A stretch of DNA of 64,000 nt from a bacterium (GTDB lineage: Bacteria > Desulfobacterota > DSWW01), in the NCBI GenBank assembly GCA_040756235.1, contig JBFLZG010000002.1, positions 160,369 through 224,368 of the forward strand, written 5' to 3'. The position numbers were made by a program, and so were the translations under genes. Below are positions 22,898 to 32,817 of the stretch, piece by piece (within the stretch, counting starts at the first letter, position 1; each line of letters starts with the position of its first letter). The notes beneath the pieces were generated by a model. That model saw only the letters and a list, made by a program, of their open reading frames with translations. It was not told the origin of the DNA and did no database searches.

Positions 22898-23596
22898 ATG
22901 TCCATAAAAGACTGGCCCATAGAGGAGCGGCCCGTAGAGAAGCTCCAAAAGTGGGGTCCTCAGTATCTGTCCGACGCCGAGTTGCTGGCCATTCTTCTTT
23001 CGACCGGATCGGCTCATGGGGAGATCTCGGCCGTAGCTTGTTGCCGGTTGATCCTGAAGAGTTATTCCAGCCTGAGGGAGCTTGGGAAAGCGACATCGAA
23101 CGAGTTGTGTCAGTTCCCCGGCATCGGGCTGGTGAAATCGGCAAGGATCCAGGCAGCGTTCGAGCTGGCCAAAAGGTCGTCTGCGGAAAAGATGTGCAAA
23201 GGATCTAGGTATCAGAAAAGCCAGGAGGTATTCGATTCTTTTGCGGCGGGTCTCAGGGATGAAAACAGAGAGGTCTTCCTGGTCTTGCTCATGGACAGCA
23301 AGAACCGATTGATACGGGAGGAGCGTATTTCTTTGGGTTCGCTGACCTGCTCGATCGTGCATCCGAGGGAGGTGTACAACCCCGCGATACGGGCTTGTGC
23401 CGCATCGGTGCTATTCGTCCATAATCATCCAAGTGGAGATCCCGCACCGAGTGAGGAAGATCGGCAATTGACCAGGAGATTGGTGGATGCGGGTGGGCTG
23501 TTGGGGATCCGCGTCCTGGATCACGTGATCATTGGCCACGAGACATATTACAGCTTCTACGATCAAGGCCATCTACGACGAGACCCTGCCATGTAA
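22898..23596 (+). CDS. radC: RadC-family JAB-domain protein
   Basis: WP.EERP.EKL...G...LSDAELLAILL, HhH motif GIGLVK, VHPREV, HNHPSGDP.PS.ED, LDHVII. Confidence 0.96.
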   Translation: MSIKDWPIEERPVEKLQKWGPQYLSDAELLAILLSTGSAHGEISAVACCRLILKSYSSLRELGKATSNELCQFPGIGLVKSARIQAAFELAKRSSAEKMCKGSRYQKSQEVFDSFAAGLRDENREVFLVLLMDSKNRLIREERISLGSLTCSIVHPREVYNPAIRACAASVLFVHNHPSGDPAPSEEDRQLTRRLVDAGGLLGIRVLDHVIIGHETYYSFYDQGHLRRDPAM

Positions 23597-23647
23597 AAAA
23601 AGGCAATACCAACGACGACCGTAAGTAAAGCGGCGGATCGGTCTTAC

Positions 23648-24076
23648 TTAGAAGGGGATGTCATCTTCCGGTGTCACTGGGCCGGACCCGCTCATCGAAT
23701 CCGCTTCGACGGGAGGCGCGAAAGACGAATCGGCAGACGCTTCTCCCGCCCGTCCCAGCATGACCATGTTGTTTGCTACAATTTCTGTAGTGGATCTCTT
23801 GTTGCCTTCCTTGTCTTCCCATGAGCGGGTCTGCAGTCTTCCCTCCACGTACACCTGTTTTCCCTTGCTCAAATACTGACTGCATATGTCGGCCAATTTT
23901 CCGAAGGCGATGATCTTGTGCCATTCGGTCTTGGTCTCTTTTTGTCCATCCTTGGTGTTGCGGATTTCGTTAGTAGCGAGGGAGAAGCTGGCAATAGGTG
24001 CTCCAGCCGCCGTATAGCGCACTTCCGGATCCCTTCCCAGGTTTCCCACCAGAATGACTTTGTTTACACTTCCCAC
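23648..24076 (-). CDS. ssb: Single-stranded DNA-binding protein
   Basis: [32 protein letters not shown], acidic tail EDDIPF; GTG start 24076 with GGAGG RBS. Confidence 0.97.
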   Translation of the reverse strand: MGSVNKVILVGNLGRDPEVRYTAAGAPIASFSLATNEIRNTKDGQKETKTEWHKIIAFGKLADICSQYLSKGKQVYVEGRLQTRSWEDKEGNKRSTTEIVANNMVMLGRAGEASADSSFAPPVEADSMSGSGPVTPEDDIPF

Positions 24077-24116
24077 CGGATCCTCCAGACTTCGAGGTTG
24101 TTGTGCGCGAACCAAA

Positions 24117-24890
24117 CTAGTCGCCCGAGAGATCGAAGTCAAATATCTTTTTCGGCTGCCTCGGGTGGGCGAGCCCCTGCTGGTAGAGGTCGAACCGCCC
24201 TCCGTTGTACCATAAGTAGGTGCGGGATTCTGACCAACTGCCCGGGTTGAGGTAGATCCGCCTTCGATCCCCCTTCGTAAAGACCTGCCATTTCACCACG
24301 TGGGAATGGCCTAGGATGACGGCGTCGTTCTCCTGCAACTTGTCTATTGCATATCGCAGAGAGAAGGATTCCAGATCGCGCTGTTTCTTCTTGGAGGGCC
24401 TTCCTCTGGCGATCTTGGCCAGCTTTTGAGCGATCCCGTAGGAGAGGTGGTCTCCGAATCCTCGGATGGCCTTCTCCATGGGGGAGCTCCGCAGCACCGA
24501 TTTCAAGATCTGGTACCCGTAATCCTTCTTGTTGATCTGATCTCCGTGGCTGGCGAGGATCCGTCGCCCATCCCATTGAAAAAGGGCCTCCTCCTCAAAT
24601 ATAAAAGCACCGATATCCTTGGAGAGGATGTCTCCGATGATGAAATCGTGATTCCCCTTGAGGTAAAAGATGTCCTTTCCCTGACTTCGCACCTTGAACA
24701 GCAGATCGAGCAGTGAGGCATGCTTAGCCACCAGGATGGCATTGTCTCCGAGCCAGATCTCAAAGAGATCGCCCAGGATGATCAGGCTGTCCATTTCGGG
24801 AAGCAGTCGATCGATCAGCGCTTCCAGGCTGACGTACACCGGTGAGAAGGGATCTGACAGATGGGCATCGGCTATCCAGAGTGCGCGCAT
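24117..24890 (-). CDS. lpxH: UDP-2,3-diacylglucosamine diphosphatase (LpxH-like metallophosphoesterase)
   Basis: [32 protein letters not shown]; start moved to ATG 24890. Confidence 0.8.
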   Translation of the reverse strand: MRALWIADAHLSDPFSPVYVSLEALIDRLLPEMDSLIILGDLFEIWLGDNAILVAKHASLLDLLFKVRSQGKDIFYLKGNHDFIIGDILSKDIGAFIFEEEALFQWDGRRILASHGDQINKKDYGYQILKSVLRSSPMEKAIRGFGDHLSYGIAQKLAKIARGRPSKKKQRDLESFSLRYAIDKLQENDAVILGHSHVVKWQVFTKGDRRRIYLNPGSWSESRTYLWYNGGRFDLYQQGLAHPRQPKKIFDFDLSGD

Positions 24891-25030
24891 GCCTCGATAC
24901 CTTCGCTGAAGGGGTGTGAACCGGAAGCGTCCATCCAGCCGGGCATTCGCTTGGCCTCTCTCGAGAAGGTCCGGGGTGATATCCTCAAAGCGCAGGCCGC
25001 CCGGACGGTCCTGATGGTGACAGCTTTCGG

Positions 25031-26680
25031 ATGGAGGACCACATGACTCCAGCGAGTCGAGCAACCTGGTTCGTGAGACGGGACATCGACGGATTTTTTG
25101 GGCTTGGGCTCGACAACCTGATCCAATTCATCCTGATCGGGACCCTTTGTCAAGGAGTCCTGGGAATGCCGGCGGAGCTGGTGCTTTCTCGGATCTTCCC
25201 CGGAGCGGCCTTGTCCATCCTTTTTGGGAATATGTTCTATGCCTGGCAGGCGAGGCGACTGGCGGCCAGGACGGGCAGGGACGATGTGACCGCGCTGCCC
25301 TATGGCATCAACACCGTAACGTTGATAGCCTACATCTTCTTTATCATGCGGCCGGTCTATCAACAGACCGGAAGTGCCGATCTTGCCTGGAAGGTCGGGC
25401 TCCTGGCATGTTTTCTTTCCGGCCTGATCGAGCTGGCCGGCGCCCTCGTGGCCGAGCGGATCCGGAGATTGACCCCACGTGCAGCCCTGCTCAGTGCCTT
25501 GGCCGGCATCGCGATGACCTTCATCTCCATGGAATTCGTCTTCAGAATCTATCAACAACCATGGATCGCGATGGTCCCCATGGTGATCATCCTGGCGCAG
25601 TATTTCTCACAGGCACGATATCCGTTCGGGGTCCCGGGAGGGCTGCTCGCGGTCTTGGTTGGGAGCGTTCTGTTCTGGGCGGTCGCGCCGCAGAGTGCGC
25701 TCCCCCCCGCAATCAACGGAAGCTCAGGGGCTTTCGCCTTGGCCGCTCCGCGGCTGTCCGCAACGGAGCTGTGGGAGGTGCTGAAGAGCGAGCATCTTCT
25801 TCGGCACCTGTCGATCATCGTGCCCATGGGTCTGCTGAACGTTGTCGGCTCCCTGCAGAACATCGAGAGTGCAGAGGCGAGCGGTGACTCCTACTCCACG
25901 GTCACTTCGCTTTCCGTAAACGGTTTGGGGAGCCTGGCCGCATCGCTCTTCGGAAGCTGTTTTCCGACGACCATCTATATCGGCCACCCGGGCTGGAAGG
26001 CCCTCGGCGCTCGCGCGGGCTATTCCACTCTGAGCGGGGTCTTTGTCACAGTCGTCTGTATCACCGGGACCATGGGATGGGTGATCCGGCACGTGCCGCT
26101 GGAGTCCGGGATCGGGATCCTCCTGTGGATCGGAATCATCATCTGTGCGCAGGCATTCCAGGCGACTCCGAAGCACCATGCACCGGCGGTGGCCTTCGGG
26201 TTCTTCCCTTGCCTGGCGGCCTGGGGAGGCACGCTGATGGAGAGTGGGCTGCAAGCCGCGGGTTCGAGCTTCCATGCTCTCCAGCAAGGCCCTCAGCCGG
26301 CGGGCCTGTTGCCCCTGCACGGCATCCTTTCTCTGAGCCAGGGATTCCTATTCACCTCCATGATTCTCGCTGCCCTGGCGGTTCAGCTCATCGAGAAGGA
26401 TTTTCTCAGGGCAGCTCTGTGGGCGTTGGTGGCCGCGGTATGCGCCTGGTTCGGGTTGATCCATGCCTTCGAGATCACCCCCGGCGGCGTGCTGCCCGCG
26501 ATCGGATGGGGAACGGCGCGCGGATATGCCCTGAACTACCTCCTGGTTGCAGCATTTTTTCTAGGGATTCATGCCTCGAGAGCGAGAGGGAAACCGCCGG
26601 CTTCCTCCCCGGTCGATTCGAACCAGGATCGCGCCCTGCCACGCGAGCACGAAGTTCCTGCGGATTCACACCTTGGATAG
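25031..26680 (+). CDS. NCS2/AzgA-like purine permease
   Basis: Many TM helices; DIDGFFGLGLDNL, TALPYGINT, NIESA..SGD.Y, PTTIYIGHPGWK.LGAR.GYS. Confidence 0.85.
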   Translation: MEDHMTPASRATWFVRRDIDGFFGLGLDNLIQFILIGTLCQGVLGMPAELVLSRIFPGAALSILFGNMFYAWQARRLAARTGRDDVTALPYGINTVTLIAYIFFIMRPVYQQTGSADLAWKVGLLACFLSGLIELAGALVAERIRRLTPRAALLSALAGIAMTFISMEFVFRIYQQPWIAMVPMVIILAQYFSQARYPFGVPGGLLAVLVGSVLFWAVAPQSALPPAINGSSGAFALAAPRLSATELWEVLKSEHLLRHLSIIVPMGLLNVVGSLQNIESAEASGDSYSTVTSLSVNGLGSLAASLFGSCFPTTIYIGHPGWKALGARAGYSTLSGVFVTVVCITGTMGWVIRHVPLESGIGILLWIGIIICAQAFQATPKHHAPAVAFGFFPCLAAWGGTLMESGLQAAGSSFHALQQGPQPAGLLPLHGILSLSQGFLFTSMILAALAVQLIEKDFLRAALWALVAAVCAWFGLIHAFEITPGGVLPAIGWGTARGYALNYLLVAAFFLGIHASRARGKPPASSPVDSNQDRALPREHEVPADSHLG

Positions 26681-27211
26681 CGTGACGGCCGTCTGGCGCT
26701 GGTATTTCCCTTTGCGATCGGCGTAGGAAGTGCGGGGTGGGGCTCCTTCTAGGAACACGACCTGGGCGATGCCCTCTCCCGCATAGATGCGAACCGGAAA
26801 GGGGGTGAGATTGCAGATCGGAAAGGTCACGTGCCCCTCCCATTCGGGCTCCAGCGGGGTAATGGTGACAAAGACTCCGCAGCGCGAATAAGTCGATTTG
26901 CCGGTGCAGAATCCGAGAACGTTTCGCGGTATTCGGAAATACTCCAGGGACCTCGCCAGAATGAAGCCATGGGGCGGCACCATCCAGTCCATGCTCCGTT
27001 CCGTGTGGAAGAACGCCTCCCGGAGTTGTTTCGGATCCACGCACGGAGTTTCGATCGGAGGCTCGAACGACCGGAACTCGTCCGCCAGGCGGAAGTCGTA
27101 TCCGAAACTGGAGACTCCGTAGGAGATCTTCCCCTGGGCCACCAAGGAAGGCTCGAACGGATCGATGATCTGGCTCGCTCGCTCTAACAACCAGTTGTCG
27201 TTCTTGATCAT
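26666..27211 (-). CDS. dcd: dCTP deaminase
   Basis: ISYGVSSFGYDFRL, GKSTYSRCG, TPLEPEWEG, EGIAQ, SYADRKGKYQ.Q. Confidence 0.96.
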   Translation of the reverse strand: MIKNDNWLLERASQIIDPFEPSLVAQGKISYGVSSFGYDFRLADEFRSFEPPIETPCVDPKQLREAFFHTERSMDWMVPPHGFILARSLEYFRIPRNVLGFCTGKSTYSRCGVFVTITPLEPEWEGHVTFPICNLTPFPVRIYAGEGIAQVVFLEGAPPRTSYADRKGKYQRQTAVTLSKV

Positions 27212-27426
27212 GGCTGCCTCGATGCAGGCGGAGAGAGAGAAGCTGCGCCGGTGTACTTTCTTTTGAAGTGGATGACGGGAATGGAATGCTCGATTGCACA
27301 GCGGGTCCCACGAGGCGGTCCCCTTCCCTGGGCTCCACGGGTCTTCTTTGGCCAGGCGACTGTCCGCATCGAGGGGCCGGTCGCCTGGAGCTCGAGGGAA
27401 AGAAGGGAAACAACGGAGGTCGGAAC

Positions 27427-27774
27427 ATGAAGGCGGGTAAGATCGTTGTTCTCATCACCACGGGATCGGAAGAAGAGGCGGAGAGGATCGCGCGAGCCCT
27501 CCTCGAGGAGCGCCTGATTGCCTGCGCCAACTGGATCCCCAAAGTCCGGTCGCTCTACTGGTGGCAGGGCCGGTTGAACGAAGACCAGGAAACGCTCCTT
27601 CTGTGCAAGACCCGCGAGTCTCTCTTTTCTCGACTGGCAGAAAGGACAAAAGCACTCCACAGCTACGAAGTCCCTGAAATCATCTCGCTGCCCCTGCGGC
27701 AGGGTTGGGATCCGTACCTCAGCTGGATCGAATCAGAAACCGTGTCGGGCAGCGCCCCGTTTGGGGAATCGTAG
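27427..27774 (+). CDS. cutA: Divalent-cation tolerance protein CutA
   Basis: A.RIARALLEERLIACAN, SLYWWQG, HSYEVPEII, YLSWI; start at ATG 27427 after GGAGG. Confidence 0.95.
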   Translation: MKAGKIVVLITTGSEEEAERIARALLEERLIACANWIPKVRSLYWWQGRLNEDQETLLLCKTRESLFSRLAERTKALHSYEVPEIISLPLRQGWDPYLSWIESETVSGSAPFGES

Positions 27775-27792
27775 CTGTCCGGGCCTGGCGGA

Positions 27793-28575
27793 TTACCCAT
27801 TCGGTTCTTTCTCTGGAGTCCTCGACAACTCCTGAGAGGATTCTCTGATCTGGCGAACCAGACAGGTCGCCAGTCGCTGCAGTCTTGCGGAGTGGGAGCA
27901 AGAGGAACACTCGACAGTGATCCAAGTCCGAGTGTCCGCCCCCGTGAAGGAGATCCATATCTTCTGGTACGGGAAGAAGCTCCGCAAGATCAGCCCGGGT
28001 ATCCAGAAAACGGCCAAGACGATGCTTGACAACACGAGCCATTCGCGCGTCGAGAAGCTCTCCCGGAAGTGCAGGCCGCAGGCAAGAAAGAGGAGAGACA
28101 ACCCGAACTCCACGCACGGTAGCGCAAGCAAGGACGCGGACCCTTTCTTGGCAAAATAGGAGTAAGTGACATGATCGACACGATCGACGTGAAAAGCGTA
28201 GAAGCGGTGGAAATTCCTTTCCATCACCTCGACCAGAAGGCGGACGACTGCGGCGGTCGGATGTCCTGAGAAAAAAGCATGCTCCGTTCTTCGGGAGGCG
28301 GATCGGGTATCCGGCATTTCCCGCCAGCGCGACCACTCGCGAAACGCCCGATGCAGACTCAGGACCACGTGAGCGATGAGGGCGCAGGAGAGACCCACGA
28401 AGAGAAGAGATCCCGCCTTCTCCAAGGTCGCCACCTGGAATCCTTGGGGGTCCCTGTCAGCGATGAAGGTGCAACCCCAGAACAACGGCATGGACAGGAC
28501 CATTCCCCGAAGGAAAGGATTGGGGGCACGTCCTGAACGAGCTCCCTGCGGCATGGCCATGGATGGGCTGCTCAC
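27793..28575 (-). CDS. Membrane protein with remote similarity to the N- and C-terminal parts of ResB/Ccs1
   Basis: About four hydrophobic helices; YFAKKG..L and FF..QKIWI resemble the ResB motifs FAEKG and FF.HRRIWV. Confidence 0.45.
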   Translation of the reverse strand: MSSPSMAMPQGARSGRAPNPFLRGMVLSMPLFWGCTFIADRDPQGFQVATLEKAGSLLFVGLSCALIAHVVLSLHRAFREWSRWREMPDTRSASRRTEHAFFSGHPTAAVVRLLVEVMERNFHRFYAFHVDRVDHVTYSYFAKKGSASLLALPCVEFGLSLLFLACGLHFRESFSTREWLVLSSIVLAVFWIPGLILRSFFPYQKIWISFTGADTRTWITVECSSCSHSARLQRLATCLVRQIRESSQELSRTPEKEPNG

Positions 28576-28596
28576 ACGACGGACACGGAAGGGCGT

Positions 28597-29028
28597 TCAC
28601 TCCGAGGGGCCGTCAACCAGGCGGATGCTTCTCAGATCCTTGACCTGGATCTGAAAGGTTCCGTAGGACACCTTGCCCACGAACAGCAACTTGTCTTCGA
28701 CCAAGAACGACTCCTCCTCTTGGTTCCGGAACCGCACCGTCGCTTCCCGTCGCCCCTGGTGGATCTCGCCGAAGTGGACGGCTGCGATCTCATCGAATGG
28801 CAGGACGACCAGCCCTCTGCCGCGGTACGCGGGCAGGTAGAGCTCTCCATCGTAGCTGAAGGAATCGACTTTTGTGGTGATCCCATCGGCGTCTACCAGG
28901 ACGGCACTCACGGCCTTGGGGGTCTCCGGGACACGCTTCAAGGGCGAAGGCTCACCCATGATCCCCATCGCGGCAAGGAACGGAGTTGAAAGGAACACGG
29001 CAACAAGACAGATCCGGCGCCCGATCAT
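28597..29028 (-). CDS. Hypothetical exported protein with two beta-rich repeats
   Basis: Signal-like N-terminus; units ending LPFDEIAAVHF and IQVKDLRSIRL; starts 1 nt after the TolC stop. Confidence 0.7.
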   Translation of the reverse strand: MIGRRICLVAVFLSTPFLAAMGIMGEPSPLKRVPETPKAVSAVLVDADGITTKVDSFSYDGELYLPAYRGRGLVVLPFDEIAAVHFGEIHQGRREATVRFRNQEEESFLVEDKLLFVGKVSYGTFQIQVKDLRSIRLVDGPSE

Positions 29029-29029
29029 G

Positions 29030-30853
29030 TCATCCTCTCCTCGCGGGTGTCACGTCTTCCAGTCGCACACCTTCGCTCTCCAAGAGGGATCCCTTGGCCT
29101 TCTCGAACCGCACCCGGGCCTTCCAATACTCGATCATGGATCTCAGATGATTGACCTGAGCGTTTCTCAGGTCCTCCTCCATTTTCAGCAACTGATAGTT
29201 TGTCGACAGCCCCAGGGCGAGCTTCTTCTGCTCGGCCTCGAACTGCTGTCTGGCAAACGACTGGGTGGCATCGGAGGTTCGAACCTTCTCGCGTTCGGTC
29301 TGCAGATCCCTCCAGGCCCCTTTCACCTCCAGAGAGATCTTTTCCTCCACGCTCCTGAGACTCCATAACGACTTGTAGGCGTCCATCTTGGATTGAAGAT
29401 ATTCGCTCTTGGCCGCACGGTTCTCCAGAGGTATCTGCAGGCGAACTCCAAAGGTCCACTGGTAGGTCTGGGTGTCGAAGAGCTCCCTGAAGCTTCTCTC
29501 GAGGCCGCCATCCAGAGGGCTCTCGCTTCGAGGCACCTCGAGCAGACCCAGGGCGACCAGGAGCCTCTCCACGTCCGTGAGCTGCGAAAGAGCAAAGAAG
29601 TCGGTCGACTCGACCGACGTGCCTCCGAGACCGTTCAGGCCCAGGACTCCGGTCAGGTCGAGGCTGGGCAGCAGTTGATTCTGCGCCACCTTGATTTGAA
29701 GATTCTTGTTTTCGAGATCTTTGCGGGCTGAACGGTATTCTGGACGACTTTTCAGGGCGACGTCAACCGCACCCTGCAGATCGATCCGTTCTTCCACAGG
29801 CACATCCGGCGGTACGTCCACGGGTGCGATCGTCACGGAAGAGCGGACGGGCGCCTCATCCCACTGGAGCAGGCCCTTGAGCCGGTCCTGGGCGCCATGC
29901 AGCACGGCGTCTGCGTCCAGCAGCTCCTCCTGGCGCAAGGCAACTCCTGTTTGCGATTGCAGAAGCTCAACGGGAGCCAGTGTTCCGAGATGAACACGCC
30001 TCTCGTTCTCCCGCAGCAGCTGCCTGGCCAGGTCGAGGGAGCTCTGGCGGACACCCCGGGTTTGGAGCGCGAATACGAGATCCCAGTACGCTTGGATCAC
30101 CTGAGCCACGATATCGGCGGCAAATCCTTTCCATTGCTCCTCGCTGATCCAATAGCGGTTCTCCGCCATCCGAATGGGCGCCCTCTGAAACCCGAGGCCG
30201 GCATTCTTCAAGAGAGGCTGGGCGACGGAAAAGCTGAGATGAGAGGAGTAGGAGGGGTTCAGCGTCAAGAACGTGGAGTTGCTCCCAAATCGAACCACGT
30301 CCAGCCGCAGGCCGAGCTTCGCCCCGGTTTCCACCATCTTCTCCAGGCCGACTTCCGAGGTGATCGTCCGCACTTTCAACAGGTTCGACACGTCCGCTTC
30401 GGTGCCCTGAAGTTGGCTGGAAGTCAGCTCGCTGACATAGTCGTGCAGGTAGGACGAATTCAGCACTGTATCGAACACGCCTTGCGATCGAGTGATCTCG
30501 AGCTCGGCGATGCGAGGCGTATAGCCTTCTGCGCGCATGTCGTAATTGCCCAGAACAGCCAGCCGAACGGCCTCCTTGAGGGTCAGCGGCAAAGCTTCTT
30601 CCGGTCCCTCCGTCTTCTCCCGGGCATAGGCGCGAAAGTCGACGGCTTGCGCCGGGTCCTGCGAGGTCCACTGACCTTCCAGAAGATGAAAAGGATCGGG
30701 GAACTTCTCTTCCTCGGATGCACATCGGCCTGCCGATGGCGGCCACCCCAGAAGAAGAAATAGGAGCGTGACCAGAAGAACACCCGCCTCCCCGCAAAGG
30801 GTGGGTCGCGGCTCACTCCGAAGAGGCGCCATTGTCGAAACGTCCCTTCCCAC
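29030..30853 (-). CDS. TolC-family outer membrane protein
   Basis: LTLKEAVRLAV..N, QPLLKN.G, VIQAYWDL, NQLLP.LDL, IPLENR.A, EQKKL.LGLST; start uncertain (GTG 30853 or ATG 30832). Confidence 0.9.
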   Translation of the reverse strand: MGRDVSTMAPLRSEPRPTLCGEAGVLLVTLLFLLLGWPPSAGRCASEEEKFPDPFHLLEGQWTSQDPAQAVDFRAYAREKTEGPEEALPLTLKEAVRLAVLGNYDMRAEGYTPRIAELEITRSQGVFDTVLNSSYLHDYVSELTSSQLQGTEADVSNLLKVRTITSEVGLEKMVETGAKLGLRLDVVRFGSNSTFLTLNPSYSSHLSFSVAQPLLKNAGLGFQRAPIRMAENRYWISEEQWKGFAADIVAQVIQAYWDLVFALQTRGVRQSSLDLARQLLRENERRVHLGTLAPVELLQSQTGVALRQEELLDADAVLHGAQDRLKGLLQWDEAPVRSSVTIAPVDVPPDVPVEERIDLQGAVDVALKSRPEYRSARKDLENKNLQIKVAQNQLLPSLDLTGVLGLNGLGGTSVESTDFFALSQLTDVERLLVALGLLEVPRSESPLDGGLERSFRELFDTQTYQWTFGVRLQIPLENRAAKSEYLQSKMDAYKSLWSLRSVEEKISLEVKGAWRDLQTEREKVRTSDATQSFARQQFEAEQKKLALGLSTNYQLLKMEEDLRNAQVNHLRSMIEYWKARVRFEKAKGSLLESEGVRLEDVTPARRG

Positions 30854-30971
30854 TTAGAATATCTTTATCTCAGGGCTGCAAGCCGGAACGGGAAGCTAAC
30901 ACAGGTAGTCAGGCGAGTCAAAGGAAACGAGAAAGACAGTCTTTCAAGAGAAGCAAGCCGAAGGCGGGCTC

Positions 30972-31469
30972 TTGGACACCCCTCGGTTCGTTGCGGATTG
31001 CATGCTCGGGCGGCTGGCCCGCTGGCTGAGGATCCTGGGTTGGGACACCTGGTATTTTCGGGAGATCTCTGATGCCGAGCTTCTGGATCTCCACCGGACC
31101 TCCGGTCGTGTCCTTCTCACGAGAGATACGCGGCTCGTCCGCAGCCCTGGAATCGGCGCTGCCGTCTTGATCCGCGATGATCATTGGCAAAATCAGATCC
31201 TCGAGGTGCTGAGAGCGCTGGCTTTGAGGATTGACGCCGGCAGGATCCTGACCCGCTGTGTGGTCTGCAACGGAGTCCTGAGCGGGCTGTCCGCGGATGA
31301 GGCCAGAGGAAGAATTCCGGACTACGTATTGGGTACCCAGACCCGATTCCATGTCTGCTGCCGTTGCCGAAAGATCTACTGGGGGGGTACGCACCGGCGC
31401 CATATCCTGAATGCGCTCGAGGGGCTGACCCAAGAGAAGAAGCGGAGCGGGGAGGGTACGTCCGGTTAG
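30972..31469 (+). CDS. Mut7-C RNase (PIN-like) domain protein
   Basis: FVADCMLGRLARWLRILGWDT, RVLLTRD, RCVVCNG, C..C.KIYW.GTH. Confidence 0.92.
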   Translation: MDTPRFVADCMLGRLARWLRILGWDTWYFREISDAELLDLHRTSGRVLLTRDTRLVRSPGIGAAVLIRDDHWQNQILEVLRALALRIDAGRILTRCVVCNGVLSGLSADEARGRIPDYVLGTQTRFHVCCRCRKIYWGGTHRRHILNALEGLTQEKKRSGEGTSG

Positions 31470-31482
31470 GAGTCAGGTGACA

Positions 31483-31602
31483 AAAGGCTCCGATACATTT
31501 TTTTAATACTGAGGAGTCTTGTAGCCGGCAGCCGGCGAACGGACAGCGGCCGGTAGTCGAAAACCAGCGCAAATACGGCAGATGCCGTTTTCCGCAGCCT
31601 TT
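31483..31602 (-). repeat. Degenerate copy of the AGGCTG...CAGCCT MITE-like element
   Basis: Ends AAAGGCT/AGCCTTT; minus strand reads AAGGCTGCGGAAAACGGCATCTGCCGTATTTGCGCT, like the left ends at 44632 and 57737. Confidence 0.55.
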
Positions 31603-31618
31603 CTGAGGGTGATGCAAC

Positions 31619-32254
31619 ATGCGCGTCGTTGCGGGGGTGGCGAGAGGCCGCCGGCTGAAGTCGCCCAAAAGGGCAGGCGTGCGGCCCACGCTGGGACGTG
31701 TCCGGGAAGCTCTGTTCGACATCCTGGGGGACGAGGTGCAAGGAAGCCGTGTGCTGGACCTGTTCGCCGGAAGCGGAGCTCTCGGGATCGAAGCTCTGAG
31801 CCGAGGTGCAGCCTTTGCCCTCTTTGTCGATGGCGATCCCGCCTGCATCCGTGCGGTCCGCGAGAATCTGCAGGCGTGCGGTCTCCTGGAGCGTGCGGCG
31901 GTGGTACGCGGGAACATCCCAGAAGACTGGCCCCAGATCCGGCAGGCCTGCAGGGAGAGCGGCCCCCCCTCCGGCGCAGGCCCAGGGCCGCCCCACGCAT
32001 TTGACCTGGTCTTTCTGGACCCGCCCTATGGTTCCGGCATGGAACGGCAGGCCTTGGAGGGCCTGGTCCGTTTCTCTTTGCTCAGGGAAAGTGCTAGGAT
32101 CGTCTGCGAACAGGGCCGAAAGCGGCAGCACGCCTGCGTATTTCCCAAGGAGCTCGGGATCGAATCCGAGCGGCGGTACGGCGACTCCATCCTGACTTTC
32201 CTGACTTATGGACCAGGGGCGAAGAACGAACATGGCGAATGCAAAGAAGCCTAA
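31619..32254 (+). CDS. rsmD: 16S rRNA (guanine966-N2)-methyltransferase
   Basis: MRVVAG..RGR.L, RPT..RVREALF, LDLFAGSGALGIEALSRGA, DPPY, RRYG. Confidence 0.95.
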   Translation: MRVVAGVARGRRLKSPKRAGVRPTLGRVREALFDILGDEVQGSRVLDLFAGSGALGIEALSRGAAFALFVDGDPACIRAVRENLQACGLLERAAVVRGNIPEDWPQIRQACRESGPPSGAGPGPPHAFDLVFLDPPYGSGMERQALEGLVRFSLLRESARIVCEQGRKRQHACVFPKELGIESERRYGDSILTFLTYGPGAKNEHGECKEA

Positions 32255-32762
32255 GATCACGAGTTGTGCGATCTACCCCGGGTCGTTCGATCCGATCACT
32301 TACGGCCACATCAATATCGTGAAACGGGCGCTGAAGATCTTCGACAGGATCATCGTTGCAGTCGCCGTGAACACCAGCAAGAAGACGACCTTCACGGAAG
32401 GGGAACGGCTCGAGATGATCCGGGAGATCTTCCGAGACGAGTCTCAGGTGGAGGTGGACTCTTTCCATGGCCTGCTCGTCGACTACGCGAGAGAGCGCAG
32501 GGCGCAAGCCATCCTGCGCGGCATCCGGACGGTCACGGATTTCGACTACGAGTTCCAGATGGCCCTGGCCAACAAGTCCCTCAACCCTGAAGTGGAACAG
32601 GTCTTCATGATGACCGAGGGAAAGTATCTCTACTACAGTTCCTCCATCATCAAGGAGATTGTCGCCCTGGGTGGCCCGGCCCGGGACATGGTGCCGGAGC
32701 GGGTTGAGAAACGACTGCGAGAAAAGCTCTGTGGGGCCTCGGGCAGAGTCCTGTCAGCCTGA
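32232..32762 (+). CDS. coaD: Pantetheine-phosphate adenylyltransferase
   Basis: YPGSFDPITYGH, ILRGIR..TDFDYE, SSSIIKEI. Confidence 0.97.
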   Translation: MANAKKPKITSCAIYPGSFDPITYGHINIVKRALKIFDRIIVAVAVNTSKKTTFTEGERLEMIREIFRDESQVEVDSFHGLLVDYARERRAQAILRGIRTVTDFDYEFQMALANKSLNPEVEQVFMMTEGKYLYYSSSIIKEIVALGGPARDMVPERVEKRLREKLCGASGRVLSA

Positions 32763-32817
32763 AGAGAGCGTTCCTTTCAAGGAAATCCGGCGGCGTTTCA
32801 CACCATGGAGTCGTCTC

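Noticed and set aside
22898..23596. radC as a sign of a mobile or anti-restriction element
   Set aside because: Full-length chromosomal type; ssb beside it is housekeeping-like and no integrase or transfer genes are present.
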